Shown piece after piece: positions 24,855-37,644 of a stretch of 64,000 nucleotides of DNA (positions within the stretch are counted from its first letter, which is position 1; the number at the start of each line of letters is the position of its first letter). Source of the DNA: Eledone cirrhosa (Eukaryota); the NCBI GenBank assembly GCA_964016885.1, contig OZ024741.1, positions 191,518,001 to 191,582,000 of the forward strand, given 5' to 3'. Below the pieces are notes generated by a model, which saw nothing but the letters and a program-made list of their open reading frames with translations, was not told the DNA's origin and searched no databases. The translations under genes and the position numbers were made by a program.

Positions 24855-26868
24855 TTATTTCTCACCACACAGCTTACAAGGTGGGGAATTCACTGACTTA
24901 TCAATATTGAACTTGATATAGTTCATTCTCAGTGCCTGTCCCTGGGCTACAAAAATAAGGGCCTCAGATTCAACTTTTAAGTCACTTTTCCTAGTCCATT
25001 CCCAGTTACTATCTTTGTCAACTGTCTCAGGCATTTCACGTACGAATTGACCATAGATTTTTTTTCTTCCATCTATTCAATGTGTCATTCTGTATATCTT
25101 GTTTAAATTCTCCCTTTCCATTGCTTCATCACTGTTTAGGACCTTTATCATTCTTACTCCTGCCATCAATCTCCCCTTTGAATTCTTTACATACCATGCC
25201 AGATTATTTTCCTTTGACTTCACATACATTTCACAGCTAATAAGACCTCTTTGTCATGATAGACACAACCTGTCTACATCCCTTTTGGGGATGTAGATCC
25301 CCTTGTAGTGTCATCATCTTCCTGGTTTTTCTATCAAGCTCCTTAAGTTCATCACATTCCCCTCTATCACACCAGCGCTATACGTTAGCACTGCAACAGC
25401 CCATGTGTTGATAGCCAGTATCTTATTCCTACCACTTAACTTTGTCTTTAACACCAACTTTAGTCTGTGTTTATATTCTTTCATTTCCTTCTCTTTCATT
25501 TGGTTTGTTTCCAGGATGGCTAAGTACTTATATCTGTTGTCATGAAATTCCTTCATAACTTGTCCATTTGGTAATTCAATTCCTTCCATCTTATCAATTC
25601 TACCTCGCTTCAGTAGTAGCACACCACATTTTTTATGCCAAATTCCATTCCTATGTCTGTACTGAATGTAAGAACTCTCTGTACAAGGGAATCAATATGT
25701 TCATAGGATTTGCCATAAAGTTTTAGGTCATCCATGAACAACAGGTGATTTATCCTTAACTCACGTCCTCCCCACTCATAGCCAGCCTTTGACCTCAACA
25801 CCATTGAAAGTGGAACCATACACAGTACAAACAACAAAAGTGAAAGAATGTCTCCATGAAATATTCCGCTCTTGATCTTCACAACTCCCAATGTTTATCT
25901 ACATGATGTCAGCTCAGTCTCCCAACCATCCATACTGCTCATAGAAACTGTCTAATGTTAGCTGCAATACCAAATATTTCCAAACATTCTACTATCCAAC
26001 TATGTGGCACCATGTTGTAAACCTTGCAGTAATCAATCCAGGCCATGACAAGATTTGTGTATCTCCTTTTACAATCTTTAAGGATCACCTTATCAATCAA
26101 CAATTGATCCTTAGTCCCTTGCTTCTTCTCTTACCTCCCTTCTGCTCTACAGGTAGTGTCTTCTCCAGGTATTCATACATTGCCTCAGCAATGACACCTG
26201 TCATAAGTTTCCACATAAGAGGGAGGCAAGAGATAGGTCTAAAGTTATCAACTTCATTTCCATTGCTGGGGTCCTTCAAAGACAAAGTCATTCTCCCAAA
26301 GGTTAGCTATTCTGGCAACCTCTCTTCTCTATTCAAGATCTTATTCAGTTGCTCAGCAATTCTCTCAGGAAGGGCCCTCAGCTTTTCCAACCAGGATCCT
26401 TGCACGTCGTCTCTGCGGGGAGTTTTTTTCAATTTGGTATCTTTCTATACTGGATATTTACCATATCAGTTGTTATCTTCAATTCTCCCTGTTGATTATC
26501 CCCAATGTCATATTTGATGTTAGCCACTCCACACTTCTATATTCCTACACTTCAGATACCACTCCAAAACTTCTTACTTTCATCCACATCAGGGATTATA
26601 TTATCATTCCTAACCAAGCCATTTACCTCCTGATAGAATCTCCTCTGATTTTGTTGGAAACGTACATTCTGTTTATACTGTGTGATCTGTTGTTCATATC
26701 TTTGCAGCTTTGGAAACTACCTTTTGTTTCAGCTCCTCAGTTACCATAGTAACCTTCTTTCTCCTGACATTGTACTTCCCTGTAAGTTGCTCAATCCCTC
26801 CACCCCACACACTTTTTAATTCACCTCACGTTACCCTTTCCAGAATATTGATATCTTTCCTAATCTTG
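24855..26868 (-). mobile_element. Dong/R4-clade retrotransposon fragment (RT and start of zinc knuckle)
   Basis: Contains [61 protein letters not shown] and ESEALIFVAQGQAL...CKLC. Confidence 0.88.
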
Positions 26869-26871
26869 TAG

Positions 26872-27010
26872 ATTACAGAGTGATCATAGCAACATCTGAC
26901 CAGAAAGATGCTGGCATTTCAGATGGGATATGGCTCCTTTTGGAAGGATACAAGCAAACACCTCATATTTTTGAAAATATCAAAAATTCCCAGGGAAAAT
27001 TCTTCAAAAG
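26872..27010 (+). CDS. LOXHD1: LOXHD1-like exon, start of the divergent penultimate PLAT (PLAT14-like)
   Basis: ttgtAG...AG|GTAAAA. Translates YRVIIATSDQKDAGISDGIWLLLEGYKQ...GKFFKR. The WLxLEG motif is recalled as typical of the penultimate repeat. Confidence 0.85.
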
Positions 27011-27458
27011 GTAAAATTTTCTGAAAATTTCATTAAATCACTGTCTGATTTGTTGTCAATAACCCCCCTCCCCCCCTCCCCCAAAAAAGAAAAAACATTT
27101 TAAATGTCAAAGTACCATGACTTAAACTAGTGGCACAGTTTCTATATTATACAACCTAATACTATACGAGCATCTACATGGTCACTAACAAAATCTTCCT
27201 CAACTGGAATGTCTTTGATCATGCCATCTTTGATCGTGTCATCTTGATCAATTTATCTTTGATCATGTCCTCTTTGAGTGGTACTTAATCAACCCTGTAA
27301 TGATGAAAAGTAAAGTTGACATTGGTAGAATTTGAACTGATTGTGCTGGGAATCAGAATAATTATTGCTAAGAATTCTACCTGACATGTAAATAACTGCC
27401 AATTCACTGCCTTGTATAAATAAGGCTTACCTATATGCCTTCTATATATACATATATT

Positions 27459-28135
27459 ATCATCATCATCATCATTTTACGTCCACTTTTCCCTGCTTGC
27501 AAAGGTAGGATGGGTCATCTTCAGCCCAGCATCTCTCCATTCGTCACAGTCTTTCGTCATTTCCTCTGTGAGCTTCAGCGATCTGAGATCAGCTCTCACC
27601 ACCTCTGCCCATATTTTTCGTGGTCTTCCTCTACTGCGTTTTCCTTCCACTGGGATTTATTGACAGTTCTTTACCCAGCGGTCATCTTCCATTCTCATCA
27701 CATAGCCATACCAGCACAGTCTTCTCTCCCACACACTACAGTTTATCCCTCTTATACACAATTTCACTCTCCACTCGTCTATGCTTGGTCATTCATGCAA
27801 ATTAACATTGCACATCCATCGGAGCATGCTTGCTTCATTTCTCTCCAGCCGTCTCATATCTTCCACTGTTGTTACCCATGTCTCACTACCATGCAGCATC
27901 GCACATCTCACACAGGCATCATATAACCGTCCTTTCATTCGTAGGGAGAAACCCTTCGTTGTCAACAGAGAAAACAGATCCCTAAACTTTTTCTATCCTG
28001 TCCTTAGTCTGTCCCTTGCCAATCTGATCACCTAGGTATTGGAAGCTATCAACCACTTCTATAGATCCTACCTGCATTTGAAAAATGTGCCTATCACTGA
28101 CACTTCTACTATCAAATTCCCCTGAACATCTACCA
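27459..28135 (-). mobile_element. RTE family A-like 3' fragment
   Basis: Homologous to 45572-46260, with a (CAT)n tail. Confidence 0.85.
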
Positions 28136-29439
28136 ATTATATATATACACCAACAGAATGAAACATTTTTATAATCATTGCATTAAATATAAACAGTTTT
28201 GATTTATATAAAAATCTTGTCAAATATTAGATATTAAATATTAATTCTGTGAGCAGTTCGAATAGACATGAGTTTTCTGTTAAAAGTTGTTTTTATACAT
28301 GTTCTTTATGAAGGTCTGGTGGTGAAGGTGGAAGTGGGATTTAACAGGTCAAGAATTCAATTAAATTCACTTGATTAAAAATAGAAAATATTCTTACCAT
28401 TCATACTAATAGTCCAGATGGCATGTTTAATGTGTGTATGTGGGGGTTATTGAGGCGGGGTTCAATTGTGTTGAAAGGTCAGTATATGGAGCTTGTCAAA
28501 CTGTAAAATTTTGTAGTGGATATAAAATTAATCATTTGTTTTGTGGTGTGTGTGTGCGCATGCATGTGCATGTATGCGTACCACTTGAATCAAGATGACA
28601 ATATTTTTTTAGGGGTTGCAGATAAAAATAAGGATAAAAATATAAATAAAAATATAGATATAAACATGAATAAAAGGGGGGTGCAGAGGCTGTGCTTCTG
28701 GAGGATTTGTAGAAGAAAAGAAAGCGAAAGAAGAGAGAGGGATATAAGGGCATCCAGCCGTAGAAAACCTGCCAGATAGTCCTATATGAGCGACACACGG
28801 TCACCTGACCAACCTTGCCTCAAGTGGGACAATTCCCGTCTAACCCATGCTAGCATGGAAAGTGGACGTTAAACGAGGATGATGATGATATATAATGTGG
28901 CCAATTCTATCTGCTAAACGTCTTCCTCGTACCACTGTATTTACTAAGTGATTGAGAACAAAATCAGACTAAACACCTTCAGATATTAATTACATTAATT
29001 ACATTAATTACATTCTTTAATTATATTAATTATATTAATTACATTCTTTCATGCTTTGAATTCAATTCCTGAACCCCTACTTCAACCCTTACTTGTTGAA
29101 CAGAGAAAATAGCAGAAAAGAATACAATATTTTTAATGGTTTGTTAGGCAACAATAACAAAAATAACTTTAACACAGAGATACAAATAACATTTGCCAAT
29201 GTAACATTCAATACTGAATGTTTAGACAAGGTTAAAGCATAGTTAGAAACAGACCACTGGCTACATTGTGTCCAAAAGAATTGTATCCTCTTGCCTGAAA
29301 AATATATTCAGAATTGAACATTTAGTCGCGGTTTCACTTTATATTAGAGTCAACTGTTACTTTTCATACTTCTGGGATCACTTTATTCAACTGTGGGCCT
29401 TCTATTCAAAATGTACTCAAGTTGGAATCATTACTCTTA

Positions 29440-29879
29440 TTATTGATTAACTTTTTCAAGATTCACTTGAAGAGGAAAATCAGGGTGGAGAGGCAAGTGC
29501 TGCCTTCTAGCAAGTTTGTTGAAAGGTGGGTGAATGTAGCGAGAATGGTCCGAGTGAACGGGACCACTCTGAATATACGTCTGTAGTTTGAGAAATGGAA
29601 AAATTGAGAGAGGGCGCTTGCCCTGGTGGTCAGGGTGGCCGTGGTCTTTTGTGTGGTTTTCGCCACGAGTAACCCTCGGAGGTGTCCCCCCTATTGGGGA
29701 ATTTTTCATTGTTTCAATTTTCATTTTTATTGTTTATATATATATGTTTCTATGTCCTTTTTTTTTTTCTTTTCTTATATAAATAATAAAAATATTTACA
29801 CGCACAAAACCCACATCGTACCGTCCTGTGCCGTCTGTAATGTTTTTCTTGATGTCAGCCCTTGTGGCCAATAAAGAAA

Positions 29880-29912
<33 letters not shown>
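29440..29912 (+). mobile_element. Tx1/L1-group retrotransposon 3' end
   Basis: Translates LINFFKIHLKRKIRVERQVLPSSKFVERWVNVARMVRV...*, followed by a 3' UTR, AATAAA and an (ATT)n tail. Confidence 0.65.
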
Positions 29913-29913
<1 letters not shown>

Positions 29914-29918
29914 TACAG

Positions 29919-30095
29919 AGGGCAGACAGATGGTTTTCTGTTCGCCTGTTCACCTATTGGAGAGATAAAGAACTGCTATTTAGGAGCACTGAGAAATGAA
30001 GAATCATCATCATCGTCATCATTATATAGATCTTCTAAATCCAACTATTGGTTGTGTGATCAGGTGACTGTCATTGATGAAACAACGAAGAAAAT
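29919..30095 (+). CDS. LOXHD1: LOXHD1-like exon, penultimate PLAT middle
   Basis: ctacAG...AT|GTATGT. Translates GQTDGFLFACSPIGEIKNCYLGAL...YWLCDQVTVIDETTKK. Phase 2-2 joins both neighbours. Confidence 0.87.
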
Positions 30096-31550
30096 GTATG
30101 TACACAGTATTTTTTTCTTTTTCATATTTCTACACAAAATATATCAATATGATTTACAGTATGTAATATTTGGCTGAGTGGTAAGAGAATTGGATTCGCA
30201 ATCGTGAGGTTGTGATTTCGATTCTCGGACCAGGTGATGCGTTATGTCCTTGAGCAAGACACTTTATTTCACGCTCTTCCTTCTACCTGGAGTTGCAACC
30301 AATAGATAGTATTAGCAATTGGAAAGACCCATGGAACCATAGTTTCCTCGGTCCGATTTGATGAAATTCGATCGACTGATGATATATATATATCGTATGT
30401 ATGTATGTCGGATCACTCTTGACCCAGTACAACCTGTCACATGTTCGGGTCGTCGGTGGCTAAACCAGCAACCCCACCAAATTTACTTGGTGAGGAGGGT
30501 GATTTTGGACACCCTGCAGGACAAAAAACAAAACCTGACAAAAGGCAAAAGAACTCATAAGAATCAACGGCCATCCAAAAATGTATAAATATGTATATAC
30601 ATGTATGCATGTGTATATATGTATATATATATATATGTATATATATATGTATATACATGTATGCATGTGTATGTATATGCGCAGGGACATAGAAGTAATC
30701 AGGCTGGATACCTGATTGCGCAGTTAAACTACTGGGAGTGAAGGGCCCCTAGCCTTTGTCAGGGCATTCTTCTAGGAGAAGGCAACTCAGAAAACTGGGA
30801 TAACTCCAATAAAAATCTGCGGCTTAGTAGTTACTGATGATGTTGATCTTTTCTTCTTTTCAGGATATAGCTACTGTTGCTCAGAGAGTGGGATTGGCTC
30901 AGTGCACAGTCTTTCCTCACTTTAAAAAATCTTCACGCACATGCATTGCACAATAGAATTAATTGATAATTATTAATAATATTATATCGTGCAATGGCCA
31001 TACTCAATAACGAGGGGACAGCCATCATTTATGTATGTCTTTATTGGATGGCTGTTGACTCTCCTGAGTTCTTCCACCCTTTGACGGGTCTTGTTTTTCA
31101 TCCCGCAGGGTGTCCTAAATCACCCTCCTCTGATATAAAACCTGCGACTTCGTTTGCATCCAATGATGTAGACCAGTTCTTCTTTTTAGGTAAATGCATT
31201 CAATGTTCAAAGAATGGGATTGGCTCCGTGCAAAGCCTTTCCTCACTTAAAAAAAAGCTTCAAGCACAGGCATCACTTGATATGTGACATTTTTTGTGTT
31301 GCATGGCATTGCTGGCCATAGACAAGTCCCTAGCCACGTCCATGATGTTTAAGTAACAAGTGATGGCATTATTTGAAATCGAGTTGCAGCCATCATATAT
31401 TTATATGTATGTATGTCGGGTCCCTCACTTTAAAAAATATCTTCACGCACAGGCATTGCACGATAGAATTAATTAATAATTATTAATAATGGTATATCGT
31501 GCAATGGCTATACTCGATAACGAGGGGACAGCCATCATCATGTATGTATT

Positions 31551-31589
<39 letters not shown>

Positions 31590-31645
31590 AGCAAAAAAGT
31601 CCATAGAAAAGAGAAAGGAAAAATTCAAAAAGTGGTAATTCATTA

Positions 31646-32046
31646 CACTGGTCAACACACTTTTTGCTGACTTAGGTTTTGTTGTTGTTTTCTGCTAATT
31701 TAGAGATGCTGATTTCAAATATGGCATCTATTTTCCCCCCAACACATCAGGTTTTTATGTTTGTCTTTCGCTTGGCTATCCCATAAACACAGGAAACACA
31801 GATAGTTTGTATACTCTCCTTATTGGCCAAGCAAAATTACTCAAATTACTCAAGAACAGGTCTCAAATTTTGGTCAGCAGAAAAAAAAACAAATGGGTGA
31901 GGCCAATATGGACCAGGCCATAGATAAAAGACTTGATGTCATAGAAAAAAAGTATTGTCATTTTTAAACTCAGAGGCCCCAAATTACTCAAGAACAGGTC
32001 TCAAACTTAGGTCAGCAGAAAAAAAGCAAAATTTTGTTGACCAGTG
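31646..32046. mobile_element. Non-autonomous DNA transposon (MITE)
   Basis: 12-bp terminal inverted repeats CACTGGTCAACA / TGTTGACCAGTG, with TTA on both sides. Confidence 0.75.
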
Positions 32047-32353
32047 TTATTATTCATACATGTAACATGTATTATGCTACTTTAGGTTTCAAGCCATAGG
32101 TGCAGCAGCATTAGCAGACTATACACCACAGAGCAGATTGTATTTGGCAGAGCTGCAATTTGTAGCCTATTCTTCAGGCATAAATGCAAGATGTCTGAAA
32201 AAGATTTCAAGTTAAAATCCCATGTAGAAAGAGGATATAACCCTCAAAATATAGTGATCTATAATCTAAGGGAGGCAACTCTTCTTTAATAATTAGAACT
32301 GCTGTGATGTGTGTACCTGTATTTGTGTGTTTGACTGGTTAATAATTCAGATC

Positions 32354-32766
32354 CGCGGTGGATTGGCAGTATCGGTAGAGGGTCAGACACCATGCTTTGC
32401 AGCATAGAGTTATGGCCCTTTATGTTCAGAATTCAAATCCCTCCGAGGTTAACTTTTCCTTTCATTCTTACGAGGTCGATAAAATAAAGTACCAGTAATA
32501 CACTGGATTAATTGCCGGCCTTGTGCCAAAAGTAGAAACAATTATTAGTGTAGTGTAAAATGGCGGTGGATTGAGAGTATCATTAGAGGGTCCGATGCCA
32601 TGCTTTTCAGCATGGAGTTATGGGCTTTTACGATCTGAGTTCAAATCCTGCTGAGGTTAACTTTGCCTTTCATCCTTACGGGATCGATAAAATAAAGTAC
32701 CAGTAATGCACTGGGATAATTGCTGGCCTTGTGCCAAAAGTAGAAACAATTATTAGTGTAGTGTAA
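32354..32766 (+). mobile_element. Two tandem family-1 SINEs
   Basis: Two full A-box, B-box and tail units, each followed by attagtgtagtgtaa. Confidence 0.9.
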
Positions 32767-35074
32767 TGTGTAAAAAAGAAAAGTGACATGTGGAGTAAAG
32801 TGTTAGTGTGTGGAAATTATGGTGAATGTAGCACTTCTGTTTGTGATGACTGGATCTCCAATCCATAGTTTTTCCATAATTAAATGTAAGTACATTTCGA
32901 GATGTAAGCAGCGCTTAAAAACCTCTTTTTTTTTATTTCAGGTATTTGTTCAATGACTTCAATACCTGTAGAATCCTCAATTTCTCACTTCACTGAAACA
33001 AAGAGAACATCTCTTTCTTCTGTTAATATATGGTCTTAACCTTTCCAGAATTGTCCATTTGATTGTGATGGGGATTTCTTTAATTGTCAGGCTCATTTTG
33101 CAAGAGCTTTGGTGGCCTCTATTTTGCATGAGTTACACACATTCTCAACAATAAAGCACCCCTTCACTTGTCTTTTTCCCTTGTCTTTCTAAAGTTCCAC
33201 ATTTTGAAATCAGCTTTCACCACTTCTGCCCATGTTTTCTTTGGTCTTCTTCTTCCATAACTTCCTTTATTTAACAATCATCATCCATATTCATTACATG
33301 CCCGTACCAGTGCAGTCTTATTTCCACCACACTACATCTAATTCCTTTTATGAGAGAGAGAGAGAAAGTCATTACACATAATTGTATTGGCTAAAGATGT
33401 GATACAAGCCTAGAATTTACAGGGAAGAAATATTCATTTAAGAATAAGACATGATTTTTCGTGGACTGGGAGAACCAATTCAAGGTGTGGCTAAGAATTA
33501 ATTAATGAGTTAGTTATATAAATTACCAATGGTTCAGAGAAAAACACTATCAACCAGTTCATTAGTTAGCCGAATGTTTCTTCAAGAAATGCCAAAGATA
33601 AATTCAAAACTTGTCCAGAATATTTATCTAAGGGAAGTAATACAACTAAAAAAATCAATTGAATTACAAACCCTTCTACAAATCTCAACTCTTGTGCTTT
33701 TTTCAAAAATTCTTGTACACAAAAATTTTGTAGAGGGTTTTTGGGGAAGGATAAAATATAAGAATAACTGACTGGATTATTCCAATATGAAACACACGCA
33801 GCAAGGGAAGACCTATATATAAACTACATACATATGTTGAACTGAGCTCCAATTTCAAACAAGGTTCAGATATGAAATGAAAATAACCAAAATGATCCTC
33901 CTTCTTGAAACTCAGATAAATGAGTTCATAAGCTTTTCCTTTTGCTATACTTAAGATATTAATCTAGATAGATAGTGTTTCTTTGAATTCATTTGTTTTA
34001 AGGCATAGCAGAGGCCTAATCTCATTTAGTGAGACAAAGGTAAATCAATTTTCTCCATGTCCAATTCTGAATACACTCTTCAGGCAAGGAGATGCAATTC
34101 TTTCGGACACAGTGTAGCCACTAGTCTATTTCTGTGCTCTAACCATGTTTAAACATTCAACACATGTGTATGTTAGTGTTAAAGATATAGAGAGAAGATG
34201 AGTTTTTATGATGATATTACTGTCTATTTAAAAAATATCACCTTGAAATTGAATAAGATGTGAGTCTTCATACAGTATATTTTATTATGTTCCCTTAATA
34301 TGGAAAAATACACTAAATCTAAGTTTGGTAGTCATAACACATGAGCTGACAAAAGCCCCTTCTAACACATGCCGATATTAGACAGTCTCTGTCCTTATCT
34401 GGCTTTCCTGTAAGTTCTATTATCACCAAATGTCCTATCCATTCTCGTGTGTTGTAGTCTTGTTAAAAGAAAACATGCTATAAGTGAGAGGTGTTAACTA
34501 TATCAACCAGCAGACAAGGAAATTACTCAGTTGGATGTAAATTGCACCAAATGTTTCTGTTGGAATATACCAGCGTTTCTTCACCCAACACCGATGTATA
34601 TAAAGCATTTCTGTAGTTTCTATTAATCAAATTTCTCCCACAACCAGAAGCTATGCTAGAAGACACTTATCCAATGTGTCACACAGTGGGATGAAATGCA
34701 ATAAACTTGTTGTATTTGTGGTTGTCTTCTTTAATAATTATAAAGAGTTTAAATACTTCAATAACCCTTTCATGACCGTACTACCAATGAAATAAACTGT
34801 TTCAATTATTGAAGGCTTTTGTGGGATTTACTAAAATTATTATTTCATTACTAAGATACTAATTTAACATATGTTGAACATTTTTAATGTATATAAAAAC
34901 CTTGTAAGATATGTGGTTTTGTTTCATAAAACTAGAACCAGTTTTAGCCGGGTTGATATCAAAAGGGTTAACATGTTCTTAAATGTTTCTTCATTTAACC
35001 TAGTTTCTCCTACTTTTTACTTACTCAGTTATATCTTTATATGAGCCCCATATATATTGTTTTCTCCCATTCAG

Positions 35075-35193
35075 ATATATCTTTCAATGTAATAATTCGG
35101 TGAAAGTAACACAGAAAATATCCAAGGAAGATTCAGTGAAACTATGTTTGGTAGAAACAATGCAAGATAAACCACCTCCACAAAAGAAAGCAA
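35075..35193 (+). CDS. LOXHD1: LOXHD1-like exon, penultimate PLAT end plus linker
   Basis: ttttctcccattcAG...A|GTAAGT. Translates YIFQCNNSVKVTQKISKEDSVKLCLVETMQDKPPPQKKA. Phase 2 to phase 1 fits the chain. Confidence 0.82.
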
Positions 35194-35304
35194 GTAAGTG
35201 TGTTAAATATTATTTTAGATACATATAAGAAGGGACATAACTCTTGAGTGAGTCTGCCAGATCGACCCACAAGAAATAGCAGCTAGATCACACCCTAACC
35301 GTCG

Positions 35305-37478
35305 TATCATCATCATCATCACCGTTTTACATCCATTCTTCAACGCTAGCATGGGTTAGACGGGTTGTCCTGTTGTGGACAATGCCAGATCGGGTGACTT
35401 TGTCTTGATCATATGGGAACTGATTTTGGCTTGATTTCTACGGCTGGATGCCCTCCCTTACATCACCCTTATTTACAGTGAGTACTGGGTGCTTTTTTAC
35501 CGTGGCGCCTACACGACCACTTTACAGTGTGGGCTGGGTGCTTTTTTGTCGTGAAACCTCCACGACCACTTTGCAGTGGGAGGGGATGGGGGAATATTGT
35601 CTATATGCTCCAGGTTCGGCTTGTACCCTTGGAAAGTCGGGTCTTCTGTATTACTGCGTGACGCCAGAGGTCATAATCCTGTGTCATCGCCTTTGAGAGG
35701 TGCAGTTGGGCAAGGTCAGCTTTTATCACCTCATCCGAGGTCTTTTTGGGTCTCCCCACTCCAAGGCTTCCATCGACTTTTAGTGCTCTGCACCTTTTTA
35801 TGCAGCTGTCGTCCTTCATACACATCACATGTCCATACCAACGAAACCTCCTCTCCTGCACACAGCATTTGACTCCTCTTATGCTTAGTTTCTCTCTTAA
35901 TTTGTTTATGCTTTGCCGTTCGTGTATATTACTATTACACATCTATCGGAGCATGAAAGCTTTGTTTCTTTCTAATCTACGCAAGTCTTCAACACACAGC
36001 CCCCATGTAACATTGCTGTTCGTATACACGCATCAGTCTGCCTTTCATTTTGAGGGAAAAGCCTTTTGCAGCTAGCAGTGATAGTAGCTCCCTGAACTTC
36101 TTCCATCCCGTTCTTACTCTGGTTACTGTACTTTCAGAACATCCAACTTCGCTGCTAATTTGGTCACCTATGTAGCAGAAGCTGTTTACTGTTTTTACAG
36201 AGCCCTCCCAGAGTTTGGTAGTGCTTGTTTCCTGTGGTTGTTTGCTGCTTACTGTCCCGGTGTATCTGCTACATGTAAAGCCTACATTCCTAACTAAGCT
36301 TCCTGAGATCCCACTACATCTCTTGTGTACCCATAGTTTACCATAGTTTGCATTTGAGGCAGAAGATGGAATTCCTACCTACACCTTTCCTACATACTGA
36401 GCAAAGCCATTTTCCTGACGGGATGTGGGTTCTGCTTTCTCGTCTACTTACGAGGACTTTGTTTGGAATTTCTTCTTTAGTTCCGCCATAGATTCAGCTA
36501 TAAGTGTAAGATCATCCGCATACAGAAGTTCCCATGGGCATCCAGTCTTAAACTCCTCTGTTATAGCTAGCAATACTATAATAGACAGGAGAGGTCTAAG
36601 AACGGAGCCCTGGTGGACACCGACCTGTATGTTAAATTCCTCGCTATAGTCGTTGTTAACGCTAACTTTGCTTACTGCTCCCCTATACATAGCTTATACA
36701 GCTTTCACAAGCCATTTGTCTACTTCTAATATTCTAAGAGCCCACCAGATTATAGCATGGGCACTCTGTCAAAAGCTTTTCCCAGATCAACAAATGCCAG
36801 GTAGAGCGGGTTACTTTTAGCTAGGTATTTTTCCCATAACTGCCTCACAAGGAAGAGAGCATCAGTGGTGCTTTTCCTGGCACAAACCCAAATTGCATCT
36901 CATCTAGTTTTACCCAGTCCCTAATCAACTGTGCTATAACTCTTTCTGTTACATTCATGACCTGGTCCATCAGCCTTATACCTCTATAATTTTCTCTATC
37001 TAGTGCATCTCCTTTAACCTTGTAGTTGTTGACAATGATGCTACTGCACCAATCTTTTGGTATGACACCTTCTAGTATTACCTGGTTAACAATACATGTG
37101 GTTATGGTGTGACCTACCAACCCAGATACTTTCAGCATCTCGGCAGCTATACCCGATGGACCGGTTGCCTTTCCAATCTTCATATCTTTAATTGCCTTAT
37201 TTACTACACTGCTGCTGACTTGTATTGCTGGTCCCTCTATAGGGTCCACTTGGGGTAGAGTTTCATTCTCCCGTGCATTCTCCTCATTTAGTAATCTTTC
37301 ATAATGGCTCTTCCACGCAGCTTTCTTCTCGGCGCTTGTGAAGGCAAGCTCACCTTTATTATTCAGGACACACTTCTCTCCAATGACATCACGATTTTCT
37401 CTAACACACTGCCTCGCAATCCTGAACTCCTCCTGTTTCTGGTCCTCATGCTTCAAAACATGCTTAAATTTTCTATCC
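35305..37478 (-). mobile_element. RTE family B, 5'-truncated, about 2.2 kb
   Basis: Contains NYRGIRLMDQ, QFGFVPG, GVHQGSVL, LLYADDL and FRWYGHVM, with a (CAT)n tail. Confidence 0.92.
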
Positions 37479-37644
37479 GGAAAAAAAATGGCTTAGTCAT
37501 AGCCAGAACATCTTTGATGACGGGTCCACCACACCTTTCCCAAAGGAGTAACAAATAAGTGCTCCAACAGGATAAAATGCTGCTACTACATAAATACCCT
37601 CTAACCCATATTCATATTGAATGTTGTATTTGACAATATTTCAG

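Noticed and set aside
30400-31540. Locally duplicated blocks (30910-31060 vs 31425-31550; inverted 30490-30585 vs 31045-31130)
   Set aside because: They appear to be fragments of an unclassified interspersed repeat also seen near 53100-53420, and I could not support any structure or function.
32354-32460. tRNA genes at A/B-box motifs (here and at other SINE heads)
   Set aside because: No complete cloverleaf, and each continues into a shared SINE body and tail.
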